A stretch of DNA of 64,000 bases from Nemertoderma westbladi (lineage: Eukaryota > Animalia > Xenacoelomorpha): contig JAUCBJ010001978.1 of assembly GCA_032718475.1 (NCBI GenBank), positions 1-64,000 on the forward strand, written 5' to 3'. Each line of letters opens with the position of its first letter. The stretch's first letter is position 1. Below are positions 36,901 through 49,962 of this stretch, piece after piece. The notes under the pieces are model-generated. The model was not told the origin of the DNA and made no database searches. It saw only the letters and a program-made list of their open reading frames with translations. The position numbers and the translations under genes were made by a program.

Positions 36901-39769
36901 CAGAGAGTCCCAACAAGGGAGTCCCAACAAGGGAGTCCCAACAGAGAGTCCCAACAAGGGAATCCCAACAAGCGAGTCCCTACAAGGGAGTCCCAACAAG
37001 GGAGTCACAATAAGGGAGTCCCAACAAGGGAGTCCCAACAGAGAGTTCCTTCAAGGGAGTCCCAACAGAGAGTCCCAACAAGGGAGTCCCAACAAGGGAA
37101 TCCCAACAAGGGAGTCCAAACAAGGGAGTCCCAACAGAGAGTCCCAACAAGGGAGTCCCAACAAGGGAGTCCCAACAAGGGAGTCCCAACAAGGGAGTCA
37201 CAATAAGGGATTCCCAACAAGCGAGTCCCAACAGAGAGTTCCTTCAAGGGAGTCCCACTAGAGAGTCCCAACAAGGGAGTCCCAACAAGGGAATCCCAAC
37301 AAGGGAGACCAAACAAGGGAGTCCCAACAAGGGAGTCACAACAGAGAGTCCCAACAAGGGAGTCCCAACAAGGGAGTCCCAACAGAGAGTCCCAACAAGG
37401 GAATCCCAACAAGGGAGTCCCAACAGAGAGTCCCAACAAGGGAATCCCAACAAGGGAGTCCCTACAAGGGAGTCCCAACAAGGGAGTCACAATAAGGGAG
37501 TCCCAACAAGGGAGTCCCAACAGAGAGTTCCTTCAAGGGAGTCCCAACAGAGAGTCCCAACAAGGGAGTCCCAACAAGGGAATCCCAACAAGGGAGTCTA
37601 AACAAGGGAGTCCAAACAAGGGAGTCCCAACAGAGAGTTCCAACAAGGGAGTCCCAACAAGGGAGTCACAACAAGGGAGTCCCAACAAGGGAGTAACAAC
37701 AGAGAGTTCCTTCAAGGGAGTCCTAACAGAGAGTCCCAACAAGGGCGTTCCAACAAGGGAGTCCCAACAAGGGTGTCCCAACAAGGGAGTCCAAACAGAG
37801 AGTCCCAGCAAGGGAGTCCCAACAAGGGAGTCCCAACCGAGAGTCCCAACAAGGGAGTCCCAACAAGGGAGTCCCAACAAGGGAGTCCCAACAGAGAGTC
37901 CCAACAAGGGAGTCCCAACAGGGAGTCCCAACAGAGAGTCCCAACAAGGGAGTCCCAACAAGGAAGTCCCAACAAGGGAGTCCCAACAAGGGAGTCCCAA
38001 CAAGGGAGTCCCAACAAGGGAGTCGCAACAAGGGGGTCCCAACAAGTGAGTCCCAACTAGGGAGTCCCAACAAGGGAGTCCCAACAGAGAGTCCCAACAA
38101 GGGAATCCCAACAAGGGAGTCCCAACAAGGGAGTCCCAACAAGGGAGTCCCAACAAGGGAGTCCCAACAAGGGAGTTGCAACAAGGGAGTCCCAACAAGG
38201 GAGTCCCAACTAGGGAGTCCCAACAAGGGAGTCCCAACAAGGGAGTCCCAACTAGGGAGTCCCAACAAGGGAGTCCCAACAAGGGAGTCCCAACAGAGAG
38301 TCCCAACAAGGGAGTCCCAACAGAGAGTTCCTTCAAGGGAGTCCTAACAGAGAGTCCCAACAAGGGAGTCCCAACAAGGGAGTCACAATAAGGGAGTCCC
38401 AACAAGGGAGTCCCAACAGAGAGTTCCTTCAAGGGAGTCTCAACAGAGAGTCCCAACAAGGGAGTCCCAACAAGGGAATCCCAACAAGGGAGTCCAAACA
38501 AGGGAGTCCCAACAGAGAGTCCCAACAAGGGAGTCCCAACAAGGGAGTCCCAACAAGGGAGTCCGAACAAGGGAGTCCCAACAAGGGAGTCACAATAAGG
38601 GAGTCCCAACAAGGGAGTCCCAACAGAGAGTTCCTTCAAGGGAGTCCCAACAGAGAGTCCCAACAAGGGAGTCCCAACAAGGGAATCCCAACAAGGGAGT
38701 CCAAACAAGGGAGTCCCAACAAGGGAGTCCCAACAGAGAGTCCCAACAAGGGAGTCCCAACAAGGGAGTCCCAACAGAGAGTCCCAACATGGGACTCCCA
38801 ACAAGGGAGTCCCAACAAGGGAGTCCCAACAAGGGAGTCCCAACAAGGGAGTCCCAACAGAGAGTTCCAACAAGGGAGTCCCTACAAGGGAGTCACAACA
38901 AGGGAGTCCCAACAAGGGAGTCCCAACAAGGGAGTCGCAACAAGGGAGTCCCAACAAGGGAGTCCCAACTAGGGAGTCCCAATAAGGGAGTCCCAACAAG
39001 GGAGTCCCAACTAGGGAGACCCAACAAGGGAGTCCCAACAAGGGAGTCCCAACAGAGAGTCCCAACAATGGAGTCCCAACAGAGAGTCCCAACAAGGGAG
39101 TCCCAACAAGGGAGTCACAATAAGGGAGTCCCAACAAGGGAGTCCCAACAGAGAGTTCCTTCAAGGGAGTCCCAACAGAGAGTCCCAACAAGGGAGTCCC
39201 AACAAGGGAATCCCAACAAGGGAGTCCAAACAAGGGAGTCCCAACAAGGGAGTCCCAACAGAGAGTCCCAACAAGGGAATCCCAACAAGGGAATCCCAAC
39301 AAGGGAGTCCCAACATGGGAGTCCCAACAAGGGAGTCCCAACAAGGGAGTCCCAACAAGGGAGTCCCAACAAGGGAGTCCCAACAAGGGAGTCGCAACAA
39401 GGGGGTCCCAACAAGGGAGTCCCAACAGAGAGTCCCAACAAGGGAGTCCTAACAAGGGAGTCCTAACAAGGGAGTCCCAACTAGGGAGTCCCAACAAGGG
39501 AGTCACAATAAGGGAGTCCCAACAAGGGAGTCCCAAGAGAGACTCCCAACAATGGAGTCCCAACAGAGAGTTCCAACAATAAGGGAGTCCCAACAAGGGA
39601 GTCCCAACAGAGAGTCCCAACAAGGGAGTCCCAACAAGGGAGTCCCAACAAGGGAGTCCCAACAAGCGTGAACTACTGACGCACCAATTTAGTACACTCC
39701 CGTTGAATTCAACTAAATGTAAATCATACATAACCGTTAAGCCACAGTTGCGGCACAACCAAGTAACAA

Positions 39770-40125
39770 TAATGTGGGGCGAGCGCGAGCTTAGCATTTG
39801 GGTATCTCAATCGGTATGTCTCTCGTGTCCAATTTTGAATGTTAATAACTCAGCCAATCCTCAATGAAATCTAACGAAACTTGGTACATAATGTTGTTTG
39901 ACTCTATGCCCAGGCCTATGTACAACTGCTGTATCTTGGTGATTACTGTAATGTACTTTATTATTTCCTAGGACATATAAAACATGCGGAATTAACTTTA
40001 ATATCTAGAAATTAAATGTATTTCCTTGATTACCCTTAATGGCTGCAACATATATACCTATGTACTCTGCACTCAAGAGTATAACTGTACTAAGGCTCGC
40101 AAAAAAATATGGCTCGCCCACATCG
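39770..40125 (+). mobile_element. Dispersed repeat, HINE/DINE-1-like, with subterminal inverted repeat
   Basis: ATGTGGGGCGAGC (~39772) and near-complement GCTCGCCCACAT (~40112). Core shared with ~10445-10600. Confidence 0.45.
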
Positions 40126-42159
40126 CACTTTATTAAACTGAATCATCACAACGAAAAAAAAATTAAATATAAATTATTTATATATATTATTTGAAGTTGA
40201 GATGCCAATTCCACATCTTAAATTAATTTAGTATTTTATATTTCTTATGAATGAACAATAATATGTTATTCTCTCATATCGGCGCTTCTATATATTTGAT
40301 GAATAAGCCTATCTAATATAATTTTATATTCTAATTTATAACATCAAAGAGAAAAAATATAGGTCCTAATCATACTCGAAAAAATCCTTACATTACAAGA
40401 ACAATATTGTTCTTTTCTATGATGACTAAAAGAAAATCTAAGAAGATCTAAGAAAATAACATTACAAATACAACACGACCGTGTAAATCAAACTTCAAAT
40501 TGACCTGTGAAGTTTAGAATCGAAGTGTATTAATAATCACGCAGTTGGCCGATGCTTGCGCACGCAATTGTCCAACCATTTTGGTTTCATCAGTGAGCTC
40601 TTGTCGGGGCACCACTACTGATTGCGTGGGATGTAGCCGGGCAGTGTAGTGTCCCGTAACGCGTCCCTCCCCATCGCTTCATCAACTCACGACTGCAGAT
40701 TTTGTTAGGCGGCTACACGGTACACGGTACGGTAGTATAATCCATAGCTAGCTGGAATGGTGATTGGTACACCAAAGGGAAGTTGTTCACTCCTTTGGTA
40801 ATTACATAGGTACCCGGTACAAGATCGATTCGTGAAAGTCTTTGCATCTTTCGCTTCCTGTGCTGATGGATGGAATGACTCACGATCGTTGGCTCCCACA
40901 CTACTTTACTCGAGATTAAAACTAAAATTGTAATTACACAAGATAATTAACTAAAGACTTTAGGTTGTGTGTAGAAGTTACATTATAATCTTGGAAATAA
41001 AATGCCAAAGTTATTTCAGTCGGGATTAGGATAGTATTTCGATTAGATAACATGCCATTATCAGAGCGATGACGTGGGTCGGGAATTAGCTGCAAAGGGA
41101 AATAAACTAATCAAATCGAATATACAGTGCATTATTGGTTTTTTATGCACTTCAACACTTCTCTTTGAAAAATACTATAACTCCCTCAATTATTTACTTT
41201 GTATTAAATTATTGTACTGAAAAGAAAACATATGGAGCATCGGCAAAAAATCAGAAAACATCGAAAAAAACAGTTTTGTTGTGGCAAAAAATAACTATTT
41301 AAGTGGTGGCAAAAAAATTAGGCTTTTTTTGTCAATCGATATTATTTGGCGTGCAAATAAGAAAGCAGGACTATTTATTGTAAAACCACATAAACTAACT
41401 AAAATCAAATAAATAAGATCAAATGACATGTATTAAGCAGAAAATGATTTCGGCAAATTTGTCAGTAAGGCCCTTTTCGAACTCACCGGCACAGCTTCAT
41501 TTCTATTTATGGAAAATATTCAACGAAAAGGTATTAAAATTAGTGTCTCCTTCTAAACCTTATAGGGTTTATATCCTTTGGTATAGGCCTACATACTGTA
41601 CTTTACACAAAGCGTACTGGATATACATTATTTTATTTGGTTCCATGTCTCTTTAGTGGGGGTACTTGTGGTGTTCGTTAAATCGCATACATTAGTGGGC
41701 ATAGAGATCAATTAAAAATCATATTCGATTCACTCGGGTAAAAAACTCATGAGCGTCCTATTCTATAAAAGTAAACTCAATATGAACAGAATGTTCAGTA
41801 CAGTAGTTTCCAAACTTCCGGTTATCATTAGCCGGGTGTGTGTGTGTCTCTATGACAACTTAGCTACCAGGACGGTTGAACAATTTATTTATTCGCTATG
41901 GAATGGACTATCATATTTTGGCCTTTTACATTCACTCAAAGGGAAGTACATTGTTATTACCGTGCTTTGCCTATAATGGCAACCATGCCTCAAAGAATAA
42001 CTATATTCAGTGTTGTAGAAACCACTGTTACACGGTATACCAACCCAGGGTTTTAAATAATAATAATAAAATAATTGTTGTGGGGTGGAGTGACGTTGAA
42101 TTAAATAAATAATATAAATAGTATGAGACCGCTATATCGAAAAATATCAAGCAGCCCTA

Positions 42160-42300
42160 AACTGGTGGCTTACTGGTCAAACCCGGCGCAAGAAAGCAGG
42201 AAGTTTGAAACCAAGGAACTGGGTTCGATCCCAAATGGGGTCGTTTGTAATTTCTCGCTATGAAGAGCATAATCATTGTTCTATTTAATCTATTCTATTA
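42160..42300 (+). mobile_element. tRNA-derived SINE head or tRNA pseudogene
   Basis: A box TGGCTTACTGG (42166-42176) and B box GGTTCGATCCC (42222-42232) at tRNA-like spacing. No convincing acceptor stem. Confidence 0.4.
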
Positions 42301-43048
42301 TAATTGTAAATACTGTATTTTGATACAGATATATTTTTAAGGTGAGTATTACCCAGATTGAAAGTTAAATTTTTGAAAACTTTTTGTAAAACATGGTGAT
42401 TTGGAATTTCTAGAATTTATTTGTATCTGACTACGGTTCCATTTGTATTTCCAAAAAATATTATAATAGGGTGTGGTGTATCTAATATGAAATATACTAT
42501 ATAATATATATATATAAGTCCAAAAACCGAGAACTGCAACACAGGTGGTATTACTGATCCTTCTACAGGAGATATTTTGCATATAAAAGCCGTAAAGTAT
42601 ACATCTTTTAAAAAAAAAAAGGGTTTAATAAGCTATCCAAACTCACTTTTCATTGTAAATGATCGCAAATCATTGTGTTAAAGTTTCAGAAATAAAGCTT
42701 GGTAAATAAAAAAACCTAGATTTCTGTCCCGTTATTAACGGTATTAACGCTCTGTCTAATGAAATTAAAAACCTAGATAATCAACATTCTTTTAAATCTA
42801 CAGTTAAATCTCACCTCCGTGTGCAATGTAAAAATAGGTACAATAGTCCTACAGTAAGTTATTAGTTTATTAATTATTTACTATTTATACTGTAATTACG
42901 TTTTATAATAAATTGTTCTGTGCATAGTTACATCTTTATCACGTACAGTATTTGTCACGCTCTAAGTAGTGTAATACGTTTTATATTGGTTTTAGGTTAG
43001 TGTAGTGTAATTGTGTAATATTCTTTCTGTGGAAATATTTCACTGTTA

Positions 43049-43238
43049 GGCCGCGTTCACACTACCGAGTCAAAGTCAAAAGACAAAATGTAAAAAAAAT
43101 AACAAGAAATTTATTTTTTTCTAGAACGCCCTTATGTATTATATTAGGCCTATATAATGTATTATTATTTATTATTTCTAGCTAGCTATATTTATTTTCT
43201 TTTGACTTTGACTTTGACTCGGTAGTGTGAACGCGGCC
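43049..43238. mobile_element. PIF/Harbinger (Tourist-like) MITE, 190 bp
   Basis: Perfect ~32-bp TIR GGCCGCGTTCACACTACCGAGTCAAAGTCAAA. TTA TSD at 43046-43048 and 43239-43241. AT-rich interior. Confidence 0.9.
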
Positions 43239-45235
43239 TTAGGTAGCTATTTGTATGATAGTACTACGTAAAAAACTTTTAAAATCCGACGTATTTTGCA
43301 TTGCTTTCATAGTTTTGTTATGAATTCATATATTACCTATATTTAGTAAAATTTGGCATAAGATTACCACCTGGTCTAGTGGCCCGTCTTGTTTCTTTTT
43401 ATTTAGTTTAATTCGTTAAATCATTTGGTTACTTACGTTAAAATATACTGCAAACTCAGAACATGTAGTTTTAGCGTCTATCTTGAACAGCCAAACGCTT
43501 TGAGGAATGGCCGCCTAAATCTTTAGGCCACAGCAATGCAAGGAGGAGGAATGCCCGCATCGCATAAAGGGAACCCGCACCATTTCGCCCACGCCCATTT
43601 GAAACATGACGCGATTGCCTGAGAGCGCCCATGCCAGAGGAGGTTAGACTTTGTTTGACACCCTTGCCCGCCGTATGCCCGTAGATCAGGGGAATGTGTG
43701 ACGCCGTCCTGGGACGCCGCAAAGTGTAGGAGAGAAATACCTCAGATTCAGACAGAAACCCCTCGGTCAACCTGTACCTCTTACAGGTGCGAGCTGATGC
43801 TGTTTGTTAGTACGTGTAAGAATGCTACTGTAGGTGCAAATAGCACGCTCTATAATTTGGTGACTTTGCCGTACTAGCGGTACAGTACCGATTAGCACTG
43901 TAGGCCTTGCAGTTTGAATGATCTGTCTGAGTACAACGTATTTGCTCAGGCAAGGGGGCAGCTTTCTGCTACCGGCACTCATTTAGGCTAAAGGGCGGTT
44001 TAATAACAATCTACCGCACCCTTGCCACGTACTGATAGGTATTTACTATATACCACCGCAGCAACAAAATTTCTAGAATCAAATTACATACCAGATCAGC
44101 TAGACGTAGGCCTACACGGTAGTAAATTAACACCCTATTCTCTATTTTCACAATCAGAGTCTGGTACCAAACGTGTGTACCAAACGCAATAGAGCGCTGG
44201 TATCAGAGCCGATCGCGGGCGTAGTTACTAACACCATAATTGCCCGGTGAATATAGGAGGAGAGAGCCCTTTTGACGTCAGTTTGTAAGTATTGCGCCTA
44301 CAGCGTGCGACTAGCTTATTCTAGTAGCTAGCGCCCGGTATTATTATTTTGTTAAAAGTCACCAAAACCTAGTACAACAGCGGTACACCAAAATTCTTTT
44401 ATCGTACACACACACACACACGCGCCTTTAAGATTGTTTGTAGAGGTATTACTACGCCCCTTTTGACTGCTTTTCCTGTCGGCAGTATTGTTCTTTACGC
44501 TAGTGTCGGTTGATCCGCTAGCTCGTATATAAACCATATAAATCACACCGCGGCAAGTCTACAGTATTTAGGTCCTTTAGCGGTAGTTAGGATTCGCTGC
44601 GCGGGGATTGTTTTCCCGTGAGTTTGGTCTGTATCTTTAGACTGTACATCTGCCTCACCGGTTAGAGGCCGGTCACCCTGATTGTCTAGTTAGCCCGGGC
44701 AATTGATTCGCCCAAGTTTAGAAGGGACATCAGGCTCCGTTCCTCACCAGTAGTAGTTTGCGTACTTTGGTAACTGTTTATTTAGACACGCACTGGACTG
44801 GGATTTCTTGGTAGGTACTGTACAAACCCGTTATATGCAGCTGGATTCTACAGTAAGGTATTCGTTACTAGGATTCAGTAGGCGGTATACTACTGGACTT
44901 ATCACTTTCTGTAACCAGGTAATATAAAGGACCTAGCTGCAGGGGTTTACGGCTTTAGATAATGACACAGTCGGAATGATATTTACATTTATGATAAAAA
45001 TATGAAACTTTCCAATAGAAAAAAATGTAAAGTTCGACAAAATAACTATTTCTTATTCAACAAAGGACATCGTTTCAATAATATACTGTAGTGTTGAAAT
45101 GAGTATTTTGACCATTATTAACTGCTCAACTACAATTAATTTATTAATTAATTTGATAAATAATACGTTAATAATTAAGTAACTGAATATCTCAGTTTAA
45201 TAGCAACCGTGTACTGATACGTGATGGTGTCTCAA

Positions 45236-45430
45236 TTAATCACTATCCGTGGATATGTATCCCGACTGCCCCCTTATGCCCCCCATTCCCCCCGCAGTTT
45301 CTCCCCTACGACTCCGCTCCGGTTTACCGATTTTACGATAAACGAACACCCCACTGGTTTTATCCGAGGCCGCGATCCCTTTCTGTTTCTGTTTGAGTTT
45401 CTGTTTGCGGAGTTCAGCCTCTTTGGTTGC
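45236..45430 (-). CDS. Candidate terminal coding exon of an unidentified host gene
   Basis: GC-rich island in AT-rich flanks. Starts at acceptor TATTGTATTACAG| in phase 0 and reads ATKEAELRKQKLKQKQKG...GYISTDSD-stop. No family recognised. Confidence 0.45.
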   Translation of the reverse strand, partial: ATKEAELRKQKLKQKQKGIAASDKTSGVFVYRKIGKPERSRRGETAGGMGGIRGQSGYISTDSD

Positions 45431-45711
45431 CTGTAATACAATAATTATATATATACACATTTAGGATAAAGGACATTTTGGTAAAATTTTGGGTATAATT
45501 TTAGAAATAAGTAATTAATTAATTATATATTATTGAGCATGCTAAAGCAGCTCCCAGTTAAGGGAGAACTTTTAAGACAAATATTTCGTTATTAGTATTA
45601 ATATTAAATTACTACTGTATAAGCAATATATTTTCTATGAAAATATAACATGTTCTAGAGTTCTAGACTCCATAGTTTTCCGATAAATGTTATTAGCTAA
45701 CTCTCGTATGG

Positions 45712-48700
45712 TACTAGGATCGGCATGCTGCATTGCAGCTGCATTTTTAAGAATGCTGTGCCGGCTTGTCGACAAAATTGCACCGCCACAACTACCTATC
45801 ACCCATGACATTTGCTAGATCATCCGCATCTTCAAGGCCAGTGTCCTTTAAGATGCGTCTCAAGAAAGTCATCGGCTGTCCACCATGCTTATTCACTCCA
45901 TGAGGGTGCCAAAGTACAAGATTATGCACTGGCTGGTCCTCACGGCGAAAGCAATGTGCTGCAAAGCGGAGGCGATTTTGTTCTAGTGTCAACCTTGGGG
46001 GAACCAATGAGACACCTCCAATGTTATATAGTATCTAGTTGGAGATGTGTGCATTGTACTTGACACAATGAACCCGGAGTAGCATTCCTGTGAATGTGCC
46101 ATCCAGAGATTTGGTGTCCTCAGCAGTTAGAGCCCAGCATGGATCCCCATAGAGGAGTACTGGAACTACTGCTGCTATATATAATCGGACCTTAAGTTTT
46201 CGATTAATTCTCGGTGACTTCCAAATACTGGAAAGCCTATTCAAGGCTGCCCATGCCTTTCCCTTACGTATTCGATCCGGATCCATGATCCCAGGTAACA
46301 GAAGTCGTCCACATGCTCAAGCATAGCATCCTTTGAGCATATGTTCATCCGATCACAGACTTGCTGAGGACTTTCAAAGTTAACTGTCAAAATTTTGGTC
46401 TTTCTGGAGTTAATAAAAATACCAACACTAGAAGCAGCATGTTCTAATGTGCTGAGGAGCCGTTGGGCTCCCTCTAGTGATTCTGAGAGTACTCCTAAGT
46501 CTAGATCAGTTAGGTACTTGGCAGGATTTCCTCGACTTCTGGAGCCAGTAGGTGGAGTTATCATCACCCCATCATCATTATGATGATCTAAGGACATGCG
46601 GAGAACATAGTCAACCACAATTATGAACAAGAATGGTGCAAATGTGTCTCCCTGGAGGACGCCCCATAACACTTCAAATGGTTCTGTGTCACCGTCAACG
46701 GTAGACACAAATGTTGTCGAACCATCGTATACTGATCTGATTGCTGCAATAATTTCATCAGGAATCCCATATAATGAAAGTATGCTGAACATACGTGATC
46801 GAGAGACTGAATAAAAGGCCTTGAAGAAGTCAACAAAGATAACAGCCAGATGCCTGTCTTTCTTTTTTGATAACTCTTCAATTATCCTGCCAAAATGGGC
46901 TCCATGGTCCCACGACCTTACGGAACCCATTCTGATTTCCACGGAGCAGTCTCTCAATGGGATCCCTGATGCGATTTAATAGAATTCTATTGTATAGCTT
47001 TGCAGCAATCGAGATCAATGAGATTCACCGAAAAGAACCATAGAGTGTTAGGTTGCCCTTCTTGGGAACTGGCACCAACTTATTTGGTTTCATTTCTTGT
47101 GGGACTCTTGTTGTTCGGTACATGTCTACTATGATGGGATAGATGAGCTTTAAACACTAATTCTACTCCACTGCCACGATTGGTCTTAATGCTCTTTGCA
47201 GCAGCCTTCACTTCTGCAAAGGAGATATCACCAATGGGAATATCTGGGAGTACAGACTCAGACACTTTTACTTCTATAAAGTTATCAGGCAATACCCTCT
47301 CATTATTGAGGAGCTTTTCAAAGTGGACCTTCCAACCATTGAGGCAATCGGCTGGTGATTCAGCCTTAACCATGGTTGTTGGTTGGCTTTTCTGCCCAGT
47401 AAGCAAGTTGATCGATTTCCATGCCTGGGATGATTGCCTGCTGTCGTCAGCATCATTGATGGCATCAACCTGTTGGTTTATTACCAATATAATGGCTCCT
47501 GTAGATTAACATCTGAGTATCTGAGTCTCGCAATCTGAGTAACGAACTACCCATAAATAAATTATATGTTTCAGTATCTATAAACATTGATTTTATAATT
47601 GTATAGTATACGTTGAGTATTACTGTAATTCCCCATGTATCCACTGTTTACTGTAACCTTACTTTACCAATACCTTATATTACCCATATTGATCTGATTT
47701 TATTCGTGCTGTGCACATTTTATCTTCTTATAACAATGTCAATTTTATTTGATTAAACACTATGAACTAACTAACAGAGTACTGCCTGTTCAGTGACTTA
47801 GATGCAGCCTTAACTGCATTCTTGGCCGCTGTAGTCTGTTTGAGTCGGGACACTTTCTGCGCCTTATAGAGGTCATTTCGGCACTTCTGAATTTTGTTGT
47901 CAGTCCAGGGGGCCCTTTTCCTGTTTCGAGGGTATACAGGAACTGTTTCTGCAGCTGCTAAATTAACTGCTTCTGTGAAGGCAGTATAGCCCTCACAGTG
48001 ATCTGCCGCCTCAGAGGCAAGAACCTCATACCTGTTGCTCATTTGTAGTGTGAAGCTGGATCTCACACTTGGCTGTTGCAACAGAGAGGACCAGTCATGC
48101 CGCGGCAAGGCAGATTTCGTTGTTGCTTACTTGTTCTGCTAGTACGCAGACTAAGTCTTACCTTGGCCACAATAAGGCGGTGATCACTGGAGAAGGGTCG
48201 AAGTGTAAATGCATTACAGTCTTGTATAGAGCTCTTGTATTTCCTACGAAACAGATTATGGTCTATCTGGGACTTGTGACCACTGGGTCCACTATGAGTC
48301 CGTAGCTTTCCAGTTCGCTTCTTGAACTGTGTTCCAGCCGAAAACAATCCATTTCCAGAGATAAAATCCTGAAGATGGACGGAATTTCGGTTAACACTAT
48401 TGCTATAGACCCAGGGCGATGTAGGTGATTGATACAGACTTGCATTAAAGTCTCCCAGGAATGTTAAAAATGCATGCTGATCCACTCCATCAGTAGCTGC
48501 TTGTAGATTGTGGTAGAAATTTTCTACCTCCTCTACAGGGACAACACTAGTTGGAGAGTAGCACACAATCAGAACCACCTTATGAAACTTCTTAGCCAGT
48601 CTTCCAGAACATGAGAAGTGGCAATGGATGATGCGGTTAGAGATTTGGTCTATTTTGTCCAATGCTGCATGTGCAGTTGGATTCATCAATAGACCAATAC

Positions 48701-49005
48701 CACCATTGCCACTATCATCTGCTGAAGCGAGGGCGAGTCGCCAACCGCCCCCCCATGTCCTTATTCAGAACCTCATCAGTCTGTCCTGTCTGCATTCGGT
48801 GCTCTTGAACACTCACTGTGCTAAGAGAAAGCTTATCTGCCAAGGCAGTCAGCTCACCTTGTCGCATTGGGGACCCGAGTGTTAGGGTGTTTACTGAGGC
48901 TAGTCTAGTGACTTGCCTCAGATTCACCAATGGCTTTGTTGGTCGGGGTGGAACATGAGAGTAGCCTCCAACTCCAGGACTGGTACCCGTACCAGTACCA
49001 AGAAC
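45712..49005 (-). mobile_element. Decayed non-LTR retrotransposon, RTE-like (single APE endonuclease + RT ORF)
   Basis: Endonuclease motifs SVQEHR, IVCYSPT, LGDFNA, SQIDH and SDHRLI (48063-48930). RT motifs IFVDFFKAFYSV, GVLQGDTFAPFLF and FCYLGS (46241-46957). C-terminal RIRKGKAW and LLYG. Multiple frameshifts; 5' boundary approximate. Confidence 0.92.
47488..47772. other. AT-rich ~285-bp insertion interrupting the LINE ORF
   Basis: Coding similarity stops at ...LNRQYSV and resumes at VINQQVDAI. The intervening DNA is AT-rich and ends ATTAAACACTATGAACTAACTAA on the + strand. Confidence 0.7.
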
Positions 49006-49962
49006 AACAGGTTTGGTAATGCTTCAACCAAATAAATTACTCGCTCCATGCATGAATATTATAATATTATTATGTAACCAATTAATTTATAATAATTATA
49101 AAATTTAAGTTAACATTTCAAACCATCAATGTCATTTCTCTAATAGGGTTGGTGCGCGAAAAAATTGTTGGGCTAGAAACAATTGAATAAGGGGTAACAA
49201 GGTGCCCTGAATCGAGTCGTGGTGGGGTGTGTTTTTTGTAAAAACACGTGGATACGGTCTAAATGGCGGGTTTAAGTAAGAGCGGGAAGCCAATTTTCAA
49301 AATCGGCTGTGATTGGATGCTACATTTTTGACGTCATTACGCAGTGCTCTGATAATTTCTTATCTTGGTTTCTATGGAGAGAGATTCGAATTATCCATAA
49401 TATTATGTATTTAGATAAAATTCTTAAAACAAACAATTCAGAAACACAAAATCAGTTGAATTTAAAGATATAATTTAGAATATACATGCAAAACTCGTGC
49501 AAAGGGGTGTTAACGTTCACATGTTTCGCGTATTTTGTTGAAGTTAACACCTAGTACGTATAAATATTCCTATGTTTATAATACACAACGGCTGACATGC
49601 GGTTACAGTTTGGGTTTCATTTTTTCTCGAAATTGCTGTTATTTACCTCAACATTCACCTGGAGATTGTAAAATCTTCACCCACCCACCCCCCCCGACCC
49701 CCTCCTACCAACATGCTATTAACGTGCAACTCAAACATACCAATGCAACTAACCTCTGTGGAATATTTCTGTTTAAATTTCTGAAAATCCCTGGATGTCT
49801 AAACACATGAAAAATAAAATCATATCCCAAAATAAACCAACATTATCATAAAGTAAAATAAATAAAATGACATCGTATTAACTTTATTCAACGTTAAGCA
49901 ATGTATAAACGGGATCATTAACTTTATTCACCATGACGCAATGTTTATATAAACGGGATGAA

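Larger units (their letters stand above)
23056..39666. repeat. Satellite 2: 14-bp ACAAGGGAGTCCCA with 13-bp ACAGAGAGTCCCA variant, ~16.6 kb, kb-scale higher-order repeats
   Basis: Direct reading. Matching ORF-track translations at offsets of 1516, ~3430, 2219 and 2136 bp show higher-order duplication. Confidence 0.98.

Noticed and set aside
22979-39797. Dozens of long ORFs (up to 754 aa; LLGLPCWDSLVGTP and RESQQGSPNKGVPT repeats)
   Set aside because: The 14-bp monomer has no stop in any frame. ORFs occur on both strands and in all frames and break at random variants, so they are a satellite translation artefact.
43471-43982. GC-richer ORFs of 99 and 71 aa
   Set aside because: No recognisable motifs or clear splice boundaries; may be UTR, regulatory DNA or an old repeat.
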